Of a DNA stretch of 64,000 nt, positions 8,581 through 17,936 are shown piece by piece (positions within the stretch are counted from its first letter, which is position 1; every line of letters begins with the position of its first letter). Source of the DNA: an uncultured Methylomirabilota bacterium (GTDB taxonomy: Bacteria > Methylomirabilota > Methylomirabilia > Methylomirabilales > 2-02-FULL-66-22); NCBI GenBank assembly GCA_963705305.1, contig OY970067.1, positions 4,512,001 to 4,576,000 of the forward strand, given 5' to 3'. Both the position numbers and the translations under genes were made by a program. Under the pieces are notes generated by a model. It did not search any database, was not told the DNA's origin, and was given only the letters and a program-made list of their open reading frames with translations.

Positions 8581-9425
8581 GCGGGCTGCAGACGGAGAAC
8601 GTGTACCTCCCCAAAGTCGCGATCCTGGATCGCGTGGTCGACGACATCGCGGACGTCAAGACCTTCTACTGGCACTTCCAGGACCCCGCCGACCAGGCGG
8701 CGTTCCGGGCCTTCAAGCCGGGGCAGTTCGCGCAGGTCTCGGTGTTCGGCACCGGAGAGTTTCCCGCCTCGCTGCCGCCCAGCCCGACTGAGGCGGAGGT
8801 GTTCTTCACCATCCGGCGCGTGGGGGGCGTCACCTCCGCCTTGCACCAGCTGGCGCCCGGCAGCCAATTCGGCGTCCGGGGACCCTACGGGAACGGGTTC
8901 CCCATGCAGGACTACGCCGGGCGGAACCTGGTGTTCGTGGCCGGGGGCATCGGCCTCATCCCCCTGCGATCCTGCATCATCTACGCGCTCCACAACCGGG
9001 AGAAATTCGGGAAGATCCAGCTCTTCTACGGCGCACGCGGCCCGCGCGAGCTGATGTACCTGGACCAGCTGCGCACCTGGGAGCAGACCGAGGGCTTCGA
9101 GTGCTACCTGACCGTGGACCGCGCAGACGAATCCTGGCGCGGGCACGTGGGGGTGGTGGGCAGCCTGTTCAAAGTGGCCGGCGTCCAGGTCCCGGTGGAG
9201 AACACCACCGCCTTCGTCTGCGGGCCCCCAATCATGTTCCGATTCGTCATCCGGGACTTGAAGGACATGGGATTCGAGGACCGGCACATCATGTCCACCC
9301 TGGAGCGCTACATGAAGTGCGGCGTGGGAAAGTGCGGCCACTGCTGCATCGGGCTGGCCTACGTGTGTGTGGACGGTCCGGTCTTCACGTTCGAGCAGAT
9401 CAAGAAGCTGGGCGAGGTCATCTGA
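8577..9425 (+). CDS. AsrB/HydG (sulfhydrogenase gamma)-like FAD/NAD(P)-binding subunit with [2Fe-2S]
   Basis: FKPGQF, GVRGPYGNGF, AGGIGLIPLR, CGPPIM and MKCGVGKCGHC...VCVDGPVF motifs. Confidence 0.9.
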   Translation: MSGLQTENVYLPKVAILDRVVDDIADVKTFYWHFQDPADQAAFRAFKPGQFAQVSVFGTGEFPASLPPSPTEAEVFFTIRRVGGVTSALHQLAPGSQFGVRGPYGNGFPMQDYAGRNLVFVAGGIGLIPLRSCIIYALHNREKFGKIQLFYGARGPRELMYLDQLRTWEQTEGFECYLTVDRADESWRGHVGVVGSLFKVAGVQVPVENTTAFVCGPPIMFRFVIRDLKDMGFEDRHIMSTLERYMKCGVGKCGHCCIGLAYVCVDGPVFTFEQIKKLGEVI

Positions 9426-9937
9426 TGGGCGATCTTCGGTCCGATCTTCGCGCGTGCCTCGCCGGACGAGTCTGCCTCGTCGGCGTCGGCAATCCGGACC
9501 GGGGCGACGACGCCTTCGGCCCGCGGCTGGCCGAGGCCCTGCAGGCGGCCGGCGTGCCCGACGTGGTCGTAGCGGGCACCACGCCGGAGCATTGGATCGG
9601 CCGCCTCGGCGACGGGCGCTTCGAGACCATTATTTTTCTGGATGCGGTCGAGGTGGGGGCGGAGCCGGGCGCAGCAGTCCTCCTCGACGCCGGAGCGCTG
9701 GCCGCCCGGTTCCCCCAGATCTCCACCCACAAGATCTCCCTGGGGGCCCTGGCCCGGGTGCTGGAGAGCACGGGGCGCATCCGCGTCTGGCTGCTCGGCG
9801 TTCAGCCGAAGTCGCTGGCCATGGGACCCGATCTCAGCCCGCCCCTCCGGGCCACCCTGGACATCCTGAGGGATCTGCTCTACGACGCGCTGTCCGCCCG
9901 GATGGCGGGCGCGAACTCGGTGTGGGGGCAAGTATGA
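9425..9937 (+). CDS. HycI-type hydrogenase maturation protease
   Basis: GVGNPDRGDDAFG, TPE, LDAV, STH and LGVQP motifs. Confidence 0.9.
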   Translation: MGDLRSDLRACLAGRVCLVGVGNPDRGDDAFGPRLAEALQAAGVPDVVVAGTTPEHWIGRLGDGRFETIIFLDAVEVGAEPGAAVLLDAGALAARFPQISTHKISLGALARVLESTGRIRVWLLGVQPKSLAMGPDLSPPLRATLDILRDLLYDALSARMAGANSVWGQV

Positions 9938-11913
9938 CTGCGGCCAACGCCATCCTGATAGCCTTTCTCGCCTGCGCCGGCGGAGCCCTGCTGACCCTCG
10001 CCGCCTCCCGCAGCAAGCCCGTGGCTGGCTGGCTGGCGCTCATCGCAACCGCCCTGTCCAGCGGCCTGGCCATGTACGCGGCGGGGCGCGTCCTGTTTCA
10101 CGGACCCGACCCCGCGGTCGTCCTCTGGAGCCTGCCCCAGTTCGGCTCGACCCTGCGCATCACGGTGGACGGTCTGAGCGGGGTCTTCCTGGGCCTGATT
10201 GCCCTGATCGCCTTCCTGGCCGCCTTGTACTCCATCCCCTATCTGGAGCACTATCCGGACTACGGTGCGGGCCGCTATTACCCGTATTTCCTGCTCTTCG
10301 TCGGGGGAATGTACGGCATCGTCTCCACCAGCGACCTGATGCTCTTCTTCTGCCTGTTCTGGCAGGTCATGACCCTGGCGTCCTACGCCCTGGTCCGCTA
10401 CGAATACCGCAGGCCGGAGAACGTCCGGGCGGCCAACAAGTATCTGCTGCTGATGGAGATCGCCTGCGCCCTGATCTTGCTGGGGGCCCGTCTGCTGGCC
10501 AGCGGGCCGCTCACGCTGCCCACCGGGGAGGTCCTGGCACGCTACGACTTCGACGCCATCGCGCACGGCCTGCCGGGCCTTCTGCCGGGCGGCGCCGGCC
10601 TGGTGGCGGGGGCCCTCCTCCTGTTCCTGGTGGGCTTCGGGATCAAGGCCGGGATGTGGCCGCTCGGCCAGATCTGGCTGCCGGACGCCCATCCGGCCGC
10701 CCCCTCCCCGGTGAGCGCCCTCCTGTCGGGAGTCATGATCAAGACCGGGATCTACGGCCTCATGCGCTCCTTCCTGTGGCTCATCCCTGCAGAGGCGAGC
10801 GGGGCGCTTCGCCTACAAATCTGGGGGCTGGCCATCGCCCTCCTGGGGACGATCACCCTGTTCGTGGGGACCATGCAGGCCCTCCGGCAGGAGCAGTCCA
10901 AGCGACTGCTGGCCTTCAGCAGCATCGGCCAGGTGGGCTACATCCTGCTGGGGCTGGGGGCCTGCCTGGCGCTGTTCCCCGCGGGATCGGGCGCAAGCCC
11001 CGCTCTGCTCCTCTCCACCCTGGCCCTGTACGCCGCCCTCTTCCATACGCTGAACCACGGCCTGTTCAAGAGCCTGCTGTTCCTGAACGCCGGCTCGGTG
11101 CTGTACGCCACCGGCACGCAGGACCTGAATCGCCTGGGGGGCCTGATCCGGTTCATGCCCCTCACCGCCCTCACCACCCTGGTCGCCTCGCTGGCCATCT
11201 CGGGGGTCCCGCTGCTGAACGGCTTCGCCAGCAAGTGGAGCCTGTACGTCGCCGTCCTCCTGGGAAGCCGCTTCTCCCCCTTCCTGGCGGTCTGTGCGGT
11301 GGTGGCCATGCTGACGAGCGCCGTGACCCTGGCGCTCTTCCTCAAGTTCTTCGGCGCGGCCTTCCTGTCGCGGACCAGCCGACTGGTGGCGGACCGCGCC
11401 CGCCAGCCGCACGGCCTGAAGGTCGGCTGGTGCATGCAGGCCCCCCAGCTCGTCCTGGCAGTCCTCTGCCTGTTCCTCGGCCTGGCGCCGGCGGCGGCCT
11501 TCCAGATCATCCACCGGGCCCTGGCCGGCTCCCCGCAAGGACTGGGCACGGCCCTGGCCCAGGCCTCGCCCTTCGTCGTGGCGGCCCGAACGGGCATCGG
11601 GGCCCTGGACGGCCGGGCGGTCTTCGCCCCGTTGGCGGTGGCCGTCGTCTTCGCCGGCCTGCTGCTCGGCGTCGCCTGGGTCTCCCGCCTGGGAGGCACG
11701 GTGCGACGGTCGGCCGAGCCCTGGCTGTGCGGCTATGTCGCCGAATCGGAGCAGACCCGTTACGGCGCGCGGAATCTCTACCGGGAGGTCACCCGGTACT
11801 TTGGCTGGCTGGGAGGGACGCGCCCTCTCCCGGCCGCTCGACCCGTGACGGATCCGCCGACGGATGCACATTCCCCGGGGGGCCAAGCGTCCACCCCGGG
11901 CGCAAGGACATAA
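9934..11913 (+). CDS. HycC/HyfB-like antiporter-like membrane subunit
   Basis: ATGA overlap; GIKAGMWPLGQIWLPDAHPAAPSPVSALLSG, KRLLAFSS, PLLNGFASKW and C-terminal WLCG motifs. Confidence 0.88.
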   Translation: MTAANAILIAFLACAGGALLTLAASRSKPVAGWLALIATALSSGLAMYAAGRVLFHGPDPAVVLWSLPQFGSTLRITVDGLSGVFLGLIALIAFLAALYSIPYLEHYPDYGAGRYYPYFLLFVGGMYGIVSTSDLMLFFCLFWQVMTLASYALVRYEYRRPENVRAANKYLLLMEIACALILLGARLLASGPLTLPTGEVLARYDFDAIAHGLPGLLPGGAGLVAGALLLFLVGFGIKAGMWPLGQIWLPDAHPAAPSPVSALLSGVMIKTGIYGLMRSFLWLIPAEASGALRLQIWGLAIALLGTITLFVGTMQALRQEQSKRLLAFSSIGQVGYILLGLGACLALFPAGSGASPALLLSTLALYAALFHTLNHGLFKSLLFLNAGSVLYATGTQDLNRLGGLIRFMPLTALTTLVASLAISGVPLLNGFASKWSLYVAVLLGSRFSPFLAVCAVVAMLTSAVTLALFLKFFGAAFLSRTSRLVADRARQPHGLKVGWCMQAPQLVLAVLCLFLGLAPAAAFQIIHRALAGSPQGLGTALAQASPFVVAARTGIGALDGRAVFAPLAVAVVFAGLLLGVAWVSRLGGTVRRSAEPWLCGYVAESEQTRYGARNLYREVTRYFGWLGGTRPLPAARPVTDPPTDAHSPGGQASTPGART

Positions 11914-11914
11914 G

Positions 11915-13597
11915 ATGCCGGCACACAGGATTCTCCAGCAGCTGAACGAGAAGTTCGCGGCGGTCATCCAGCGGACCGATATCCCCGAGAACACTCGGCT
12001 GTTCGTGTACGTCGAGCCCCAGGCCGTGCCCGACATCTGCCGCCACATCTTTCGGGACCTGGACGCCCGCTATGTCGTGAGCATCGGCCTGGACGACCGG
12101 CCCATCTCGGGGAAGTTTCTGGTGGCCCACGATTTCGCCTTCGATGCCGCCCACGTCCTGTGCAGCATCCTGGCCTACGTGCCCAGCCCCGATCCGCGGA
12201 TCGACAGCATCGCTCCCGCCGTCCCGCCGGCCAACTGGGCCGAGCGCGAGTTTCGGGATCTGGTGGGCATCCAGCCGGTGGGGCACCCGTCCCCCAAGCG
12301 GCTGATCCTGCCGGACGGCTGGCCCGAGGGGGTGCATCCGCTGCGCCGGGACTACCCCTGGAACGCGGTGCCGCCCGGCTACGACGAGACCCGGGAGTAC
12401 GCCTTCGATGACGCGCCGGAGGGCTGCGTGGCCGTCCCCTTCGGCCCCTTCCACCCCACCCTGGACGAGCCGGCGCACTTCCGGCTGTACGTCGAGGGGG
12501 AGATCGTTCGCGGCTGCGAATACCGGGGCTTCATGGTCCATCGCGCCATCGAGAAGCTGGGCGACTCCGTCCTCACCTACAACGAGATCCCCATGGCCGC
12601 CGAGCGCATCTGCGGCATCTGCGGCTGCGTCCACAACGTGGCCTATGCCCAGGCGGTGGAACAGGCGGTGGCGCTCAAGCCGCCTCCCCGGGCCGAATAT
12701 ATCCGGACCATCATGCTGGAGATCGAGCGGCTGCACAGCCATCTCCTCTGGGTGGGGCTGGCCTGCCACATTCTGGGATTCGACACGCTGTTCATGCAGT
12801 GCTTCCGCATCCGCGAGCCCATCATGTGGGTGGCGGAGAAGATCAGCGGCAACCGCAAGACCTACGCCCTCTGCGTGGTGGGGGGCGTCCGCTGGGACAT
12901 CACCCCCCCGCTGAAGGCGGAGCTGCAGCAGGTCCTCTCCACCCTGGAGGCCGAGTGGCGGCCCGTCGCCGCCGCCGTCAGCGGAGATCGGAACATCCAG
13001 CAGCGGACGCGGGGGATCGGAATGGCCGGTCCGCGCCTGGTCAAGGAGGCGGCCCTCATCGGCCCGGTGGCCCGGGCCGCCGGCGTGGACATCGACTGCC
13101 GCCGCGACCACCCCTACGCCGCGTACGGGCGGGTGGACTTCGCGGTGGTGGTGCAGAGCGGAGGCGATGTCTGGTCGCGCCTCCTGGTGCGGGTCCTGGA
13201 GGTCTTCGAGTCCATCAAGATCATCCGCCAGTGCCTGGATCAGATGCCCGAGGGTCCGCTCTGCCTCCCCGCCGGGGACGAGCTGCCCGCCGGCCGCATG
13301 GGGGTGTCCTCGGTGGAAGCCCCGCGGGGCGAGTCCCACCACTTCGTGATCACCGGGGAAAACAACCGCCCCCGGCGCTGGCGCGTGCGGGCGCCGACGT
13401 ACCAGAATCTGCAGGGGGTCCCGGCCATGATCCGGGACCAGCAAATCGCCGACATGACCATCACGCTGGGGAGCATCGACCCGTGCTTCTCCTGCACGGA
13501 TCGCCTGGAGGTGGTCGACGTTCGTTCGGGCGCGGTGCGGGTGTATGCGCAGGCGGAGCTTCTGGCGCTGGCCCGCGCCCCCCGGACCGGGCAATAG
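11915..13597 (+). CDS. Group 4 [NiFe]-hydrogenase large subunit (HycE-like NuoC+NuoD fusion)
   Basis: N-terminal NuoC-like WAEREFRDLVG..GHP...HPLRRD; L1 ERICGICGCVH; L2 DPCFSCTDR followed by a cleavable C-terminal extension. Confidence 0.93.
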   Translation: MPAHRILQQLNEKFAAVIQRTDIPENTRLFVYVEPQAVPDICRHIFRDLDARYVVSIGLDDRPISGKFLVAHDFAFDAAHVLCSILAYVPSPDPRIDSIAPAVPPANWAEREFRDLVGIQPVGHPSPKRLILPDGWPEGVHPLRRDYPWNAVPPGYDETREYAFDDAPEGCVAVPFGPFHPTLDEPAHFRLYVEGEIVRGCEYRGFMVHRAIEKLGDSVLTYNEIPMAAERICGICGCVHNVAYAQAVEQAVALKPPPRAEYIRTIMLEIERLHSHLLWVGLACHILGFDTLFMQCFRIREPIMWVAEKISGNRKTYALCVVGGVRWDITPPLKAELQQVLSTLEAEWRPVAAAVSGDRNIQQRTRGIGMAGPRLVKEAALIGPVARAAGVDIDCRRDHPYAAYGRVDFAVVVQSGGDVWSRLLVRVLEVFESIKIIRQCLDQMPEGPLCLPAGDELPAGRMGVSSVEAPRGESHHFVITGENNRPRRWRVRAPTYQNLQGVPAMIRDQQIADMTITLGSIDPCFSCTDRLEVVDVRSGAVRVYAQAELLALARAPRTGQ

Positions 13598-13607
13598 GGA
13601 AGGAGCC

Positions 13608-14534
13608 ATGAACGCTGGCCTGGGCCTCATGCTGCTCTTCGCGGCGCTGAACGCGGCGCTGGTGCTCGCCGTGGCCCCCCTGTGCGAGGGGATCCTGCGC
13701 AAGGTCACTGCCAAGATCCAGTCCCGGCAGGGGCCGCCGCTCTGGCAGCCCTACTACGACTTGCTGAAGCTGCTGGGCAAGGAGGACCTCGAATCGGGGG
13801 AAAGTCCCCGGATGCAGCGGTTCGCGGCCGTCCTCGCCCTCTCCGCCATCCTGATGGTGGCCATGCTGATCCCCATGGGGCGCCCGGCCCCGCTGGGCGG
13901 GTACGGCGATGTCGTGCTCCTCATCTACCTGCTGACCCTCTGCGGGATCTCCACCATGCTGGCCGGTCTGGCCGCGGGCTCCACCTATTCCCTGGTGGGC
14001 ATGAGCCGGGAGATGATGTCTCTCATGACCCTGGAGCCGCTGCTGGCCGTGGCGATCATCATCGGGACCGTCCATGCCGGCTCGCTGCGCTTGGGGACGG
14101 TGCTGAACGGATCCCTGTACGCCTCGGGTGCGCTTCCCCTGGCCGGCCTCCTCATGCTGGTGGTGGTGCTCCTCTCCCTGCAGGGATTCGTGGGGCGGCT
14201 CCCCTTCGACATCGCCGAGGCCGAGACGGAGCTGATGGAGGGGCCGCTGGCGGAGTACTCGGGGGCCAAGCTGGCGCTCTTCAAGTTCGCCCAGATGGTC
14301 AAGCTGGTGGTGTACAGCGCGCTCCTGGTGGCCCTGTTCGCCCCCTGGGGGAGCGCCTGGCCATACCCCCTGAGCGCGCTCGTGCTGCTGGCCAAGATCT
14401 TGGTCCTGGTCCTGCTTGTGACGCTGGTGGCGGCGACCCACGCCCGCTACCGCATCGATCAGGCCATCCGCTACTACGCCGGCCTGTTCGGCGCCGCCTT
14501 TGTGGCCCTGCTTTTGGCCCTGTGGGGCTTTTGA
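13608..14534 (+). CDS. HycD/NuoH-like membrane subunit
   Basis: RKVTAKIQSRQGPPLWQPYYDLLKLLGKE and RLPFDIAEAETELMEGPLAEYSG motifs; SD AGGAG. Confidence 0.92.
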   Translation: MNAGLGLMLLFAALNAALVLAVAPLCEGILRKVTAKIQSRQGPPLWQPYYDLLKLLGKEDLESGESPRMQRFAAVLALSAILMVAMLIPMGRPAPLGGYGDVVLLIYLLTLCGISTMLAGLAAGSTYSLVGMSREMMSLMTLEPLLAVAIIIGTVHAGSLRLGTVLNGSLYASGALPLAGLLMLVVVLLSLQGFVGRLPFDIAEAETELMEGPLAEYSGAKLALFKFAQMVKLVVYSALLVALFAPWGSAWPYPLSALVLLAKILVLVLLVTLVAATHARYRIDQAIRYYAGLFGAAFVALLLALWGF

Positions 14535-14548
14535 GGAACGGGGGAGCC

Positions 14549-15073
14549 ATGTCGCTGCTGAGCAAGCTGAAGGAAACCGCGATCTGCCTGCGGGCTGGAA
14601 GGGTGACCCGGCCCTACCCGGCCCAGCCGGCCCCCACCCCTCCCGGCTTCCGGGGACGGCCGATCTTCGATGCGAGCAAGTGCATCGGCTGCGCCGGCTG
14701 CGCCAACAACTGCCCCGCCCGCGAGATCCTGGTCCACGACATCTGCCAGGAGATCCGCATCATCAAGTACATCGGGCGCCGCTGCACCTATTGCGGCCGC
14801 TGCGCCGACGTCTGTCCCGAAAAGGCCATCACGATGAGCACGGACTTCGAGACCGCCACCAACGACATCCACGACCTCCAGCAGGAGCTCGAGCTGTTCA
14901 TGGGGACCTGCCAGCGCTGCGGCCGCTGCTTCAAGGAGCCGGGGCCCCTCGAGCAGCTCATGATGAAGGGGTACCGGTTCGACGAGCTCAAGGACGATCG
15001 GTGGATCCACCGCTCGACGGCCTACCTTGAGGGCCAGCCGGTGGTCCGAGATATTGAGATCGAGCTGGATTGA
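14549..15073 (+). CDS. HycF/NuoI-like 2x[4Fe-4S] subunit
   Basis: TRPYP..FRGRP; CIGCAGCANNCP and CTYCGRCADVCP; additional CQRCGRC. Confidence 0.9.
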   Translation: MSLLSKLKETAICLRAGRVTRPYPAQPAPTPPGFRGRPIFDASKCIGCAGCANNCPAREILVHDICQEIRIIKYIGRRCTYCGRCADVCPEKAITMSTDFETATNDIHDLQQELELFMGTCQRCGRCFKEPGPLEQLMMKGYRFDELKDDRWIHRSTAYLEGQPVVRDIEIELD

Positions 15074-15081
15074 CGCCATAA

Positions 15082-15233
15082 CAGGCCGCTGAAAAAGGCC
15101 CATCTGCGGCGTTGGTCCGCTCGGGCACTCGCTGCGGCGTACTGAAAGTACGCCTCACTCAGCCCTTTGCGGACCGCCTTGCATCTGGACCTTTTTGAGC
15201 AGCCTGGGGGAAGGCGGGTTTTTCATCACACTG
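15082..15233. mobile_element. MITE-like structured repeat, copy 1
   Basis: CAGGCCGCTGAAAAAGGCCCATCTGCGG ... GCCTTGCATCTGGACCTTTTTGAGCAGCCTG, central GGCGTACTGAAAGTACGCC hairpin; related copies at 17280 and 40923. Confidence 0.7.
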
Positions 15234-15249
15234 ATAGGGGGGAACGGAC

Positions 15250-15785
15250 GTGTTAAAGGGACTCTGCCGGAAGGTCTTCCCGCGGTCGCTCTGGGTCTAC
15301 CACGCCAACAGCGGGGGCTGCAACGGATGCGACATCGAGGTCCTGAACGTCCTGACCCCGTATTATGATGTGGAGCGCTTCGGCATCCGGCTGGTGGGCT
15401 CCCCCCGCCACGCCGATGTGATGCTGTGCCAGGGACCCGCCATGCGGTCCACCGCCCGGGCGCTGCGGCGCGCCTACGAGGCCATGCCCGCCCCCAAACT
15501 GGTCTTCGCGATCGGCTCTTGCGCATGTGGGGGGGACTCTGGTATGATACATACAGCGTCCTGGGGCCGGTGGAGAAGGTGCTTCCCGTGGATTTCTACA
15601 TCCCGGGCTGCCCGCCCCGCCCCGAGGCGATCCTCTACGGGGTGGCGGTGGCGGTAGGGCTGGTGGACAAGAAGGTGGCGCCGGTCCAGCTCAAGCAGCT
15701 GGAGTTCCCGATCCCGAAATACCATCCGGAAGACCTCCAGCAGGACGACGGCATGGTCGTCTATCAGAAGCTCAACCGGGTGTAA
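15250..15785 (+). CDS. Group 4 [NiFe]-hydrogenase small subunit (HycG/NuoB-like), split by a 1-nt frameshift in a G7 run at 15529-15535
   Basis: First frame: [33 protein letters not shown]. Second frame: [24 protein letters not shown]. One extra G joins the two. Confidence 0.88.
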
Positions 15786-15844
15786 GCTGCCTCCGCGTCC
15801 CGCCGCCTGCCGTTCCCCCCGCGAGGGCCCTGTGAAGGAGTATC

Positions 15845-16186
15845 ATGCACGAAGTGGGCCTGATGCAGGACACGCTCATCATCGCGCTCCGGCACGCCAC
15901 GCAGGAGGGCGCCCGGCGGGTTCACCGCCTGACCATGCGGGTGGGTCCCCTGTCGGGTGCCGTCCCCGAGGCCCTGGAGTTCGCCTTTGACGTGCTGGCC
16001 CGCGGCACCATGGCCGAGGGCGCCCGTCTGGAGATCGAGCGCGTCCCCATCGTGTGCTACTGTCCGAGCTGTGCCCAGGAATTCACGGCCGACGATTTCC
16101 TCTGCGAATGTCCCCACTGCCATGCGCCCAGCGTGGAGGTTCGGCACGGCCGGGAGCTGGAGCTCGCCAGTCTGGAGGTATCCTGA
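15845..16186 (+). CDS. hypA: Hydrogenase maturation nickel metallochaperone HypA
   Basis: MHEVGL start, two CxxC motifs, GRELEL end. Confidence 0.95.
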   Translation: MHEVGLMQDTLIIALRHATQEGARRVHRLTMRVGPLSGAVPEALEFAFDVLARGTMAEGARLEIERVPIVCYCPSCAQEFTADDFLCECPHCHAPSVEVRHGRELELASLEVS

Positions 16187-16187
16187 C

Positions 16188-17084
16188 GTGTGCAAGGAAT
16201 GCGGCTGCGGCATCGTGGAAGGCTTTCGAGTCGACGGAGAGCCGGTCGTTGCGGACCCGGGGCCGGGTACCCCCGGGGTGGCCCCCGGGGCGGCGCATAC
16301 CCATTCGCACGAGGCCGGGGAGGACCACGGCCATTCCCATCCGCACCCGCACGGGCCGCATGTCCACGGCGCCGACCATGCGCACGACCACCGGACGGTC
16401 CCGGTGCACGAGGCGATCCTCGATAAGAACGACCGGCTGGCCGAGCGGAACCGCGGCTACTTCGCCGGCAAGGGCCTGCTCGTGCTCAACCTGCTCTCCT
16501 CCCCGGGCGCCGGCAAGACCGCTTTCATCGAGCGGACGGTGGCGGACCTGGGGGCGCGCCTCCGGGTCGGCGTGATCGTGGGCGACCTCGAAACGGACAA
16601 CGACGCGCGGCGGCTGCGCGGCCGCGGGGTACCGGCGGTCCAGATCACCACCGGCAACGTGTGCCACCTGGATGCGGAGATGGTCGCCCACGCCCTGGAG
16701 CGGCTGGAGCTGGACGCCCTGCAGGTCCTCATCATCGAAAACGTGGGGAACCTGGTCTGCCCGGCCTCCTACGATCTTGGCGAGGACTTCCGCGTGGTGA
16801 TCATGTCGGTCACCGAGGGCGAGGACAAGCCGCTCAAGTACCCGGTCATGTTTCGCACCGCGCAGGTGGTCGTGGTCAACAAGACCGACATCCTCGAAGC
16901 CGTCGGATTCGACCGCGAGACCGCCCTGCAAAACATCCGCCGCGTGGCCCCCCAGGCCACCATCTTCGAGCTTTCGGCGCGCACGGGAGAAGGCATGGCG
17001 CAGTGGTACCAATACCTCGAGGAGCGGCTGCGCCGGCCCCGCCACGGCGTGATCCGAAACCCGGCGGGAACGGCAGCCTCCTAA
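16188..17084 (+). CDS. hypB: Hydrogenase nickel incorporation GTPase HypB with His-rich segment
   Basis: GTG start MCKECGC; His-rich linker; [36 protein letters not shown]. Confidence 0.95.
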   Translation: MCKECGCGIVEGFRVDGEPVVADPGPGTPGVAPGAAHTHSHEAGEDHGHSHPHPHGPHVHGADHAHDHRTVPVHEAILDKNDRLAERNRGYFAGKGLLVLNLLSSPGAGKTAFIERTVADLGARLRVGVIVGDLETDNDARRLRGRGVPAVQITTGNVCHLDAEMVAHALERLELDALQVLIIENVGNLVCPASYDLGEDFRVVIMSVTEGEDKPLKYPVMFRTAQVVVVNKTDILEAVGFDRETALQNIRRVAPQATIFELSARTGEGMAQWYQYLEERLRRPRHGVIRNPAGTAAS

Positions 17085-17100
17085 CCCCATTCCGAAAATA

Positions 17101-17256
17101 TCTCACCGCCAAGGCGCCAAGAAGGCCATGGCTGGAATGGGCGGAACACCCAGCGACTGGAGCCGCGTCAAGCCCCCCGGAGGGGGCGTTCCGGAGCACG
17201 GAGTCAAACCAGCCGAATTCCGTGGACTATGAGACCTCGGCGTCATGGCGGTTCAA
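17101..17256. repeat. Inverted pair of degenerate CGCCAAG-type repeats
   Basis: TCTCACCGCCAAGGCGCCAAG at about 17101-17121 and CTCGGCGTCATGGCGGTTCAA at about 17236-17256; resembles the repeats at 39823-39975. Confidence 0.45.
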
Positions 17257-17279
17257 GAGTATTCTCGGCTCAAGGCTAA

Positions 17280-17496
17280 CAGGCGTCTGAAAAACTCCCA
17301 TCTGCGGACACCCCGCCTTCGGCCGGGTACCCGCGCACTCCTGCGGGGCTGCGACGTACGCGCTCAGTACGCCTCCGACCCACCTCCGGTGGGTACCCCG
17401 CGGCGGGTACCGATCCCGAGGGATGGATGACGGCGCCTTGCATCTGGGCCTTTTTGAGCAGCCTGACCGAAAATGAGTTTTTCTGCCGATCCCCTG
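17280..17496. mobile_element. MITE-like structured repeat, copy 2
   Basis: CAGGCGTCTGAAAAACTCCCATCTGCGG ... GCCTTGCATCTGGGCCTTTTTGAGCAGCCTG with central CGTAC-GCGCTCA-GTACG. Confidence 0.7.
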
Positions 17497-17653
17497 CCCT
17501 TCGCCCGGCGACCGGCGATCGTCTCTATCCCTGCCATGATCCTTGCCAGCGTTCCAAGCGCTCGAGTTCTCCCTCACCTATTCTTCACGAGTTATCTCCA
17601 TTCATGGATAAATACGAGCAACATTATCTGCTAACTGTTTAAAATATTTACAC

Positions 17654-17682
17654 TTGACGCAATTCCATGCAGGTGCCATTCT
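17654..17682 (+). promoter_or_regulatory. Putative sigma70 promoter of the first hdrA-mvh operon
   Basis: TTGACG-17 nt-CATTCT with extended -10 TG; AT-rich UP-like tract immediately upstream; dyad TTATC-N10-GATAA at 17592-17611. Confidence 0.55.
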
Positions 17683-17936
17683 ATTTTCAAAGTGAGATTG
17701 GTCAGGCCAGCGGACCATCTGGCCTCAGGTGATAAGGGGAAGCTACGAAAGGAACCCAAACCAGGAAATAAGCCGCATTACCGGATTGAGCTCGTCGTCT
17801 CGACCCGTCAAACAACCATCGAAAGACGCCATGATTACACGCGATCAGCGCACCGACACCTCATAATTCTCGCGCGACCGACCCGTCACGACACCGGCCG
17901 CGCTGCGCCAAACCCCGCGACCTCCCGGAGGGGGCA

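Noticed and set aside
7513..9425. Anaerobic sulfite reductase (asrABC) or a group 3b sulfhydrogenase
   Set aside because: No sirohaem AsrC and no group 3b alpha/delta subunits adjacent; the neighbouring hydrogenase is group 4.
16296..16391. His-rich low-complexity tract in HypB
   Set aside because: A known nickel-binding feature of many HypB proteins; not novel.
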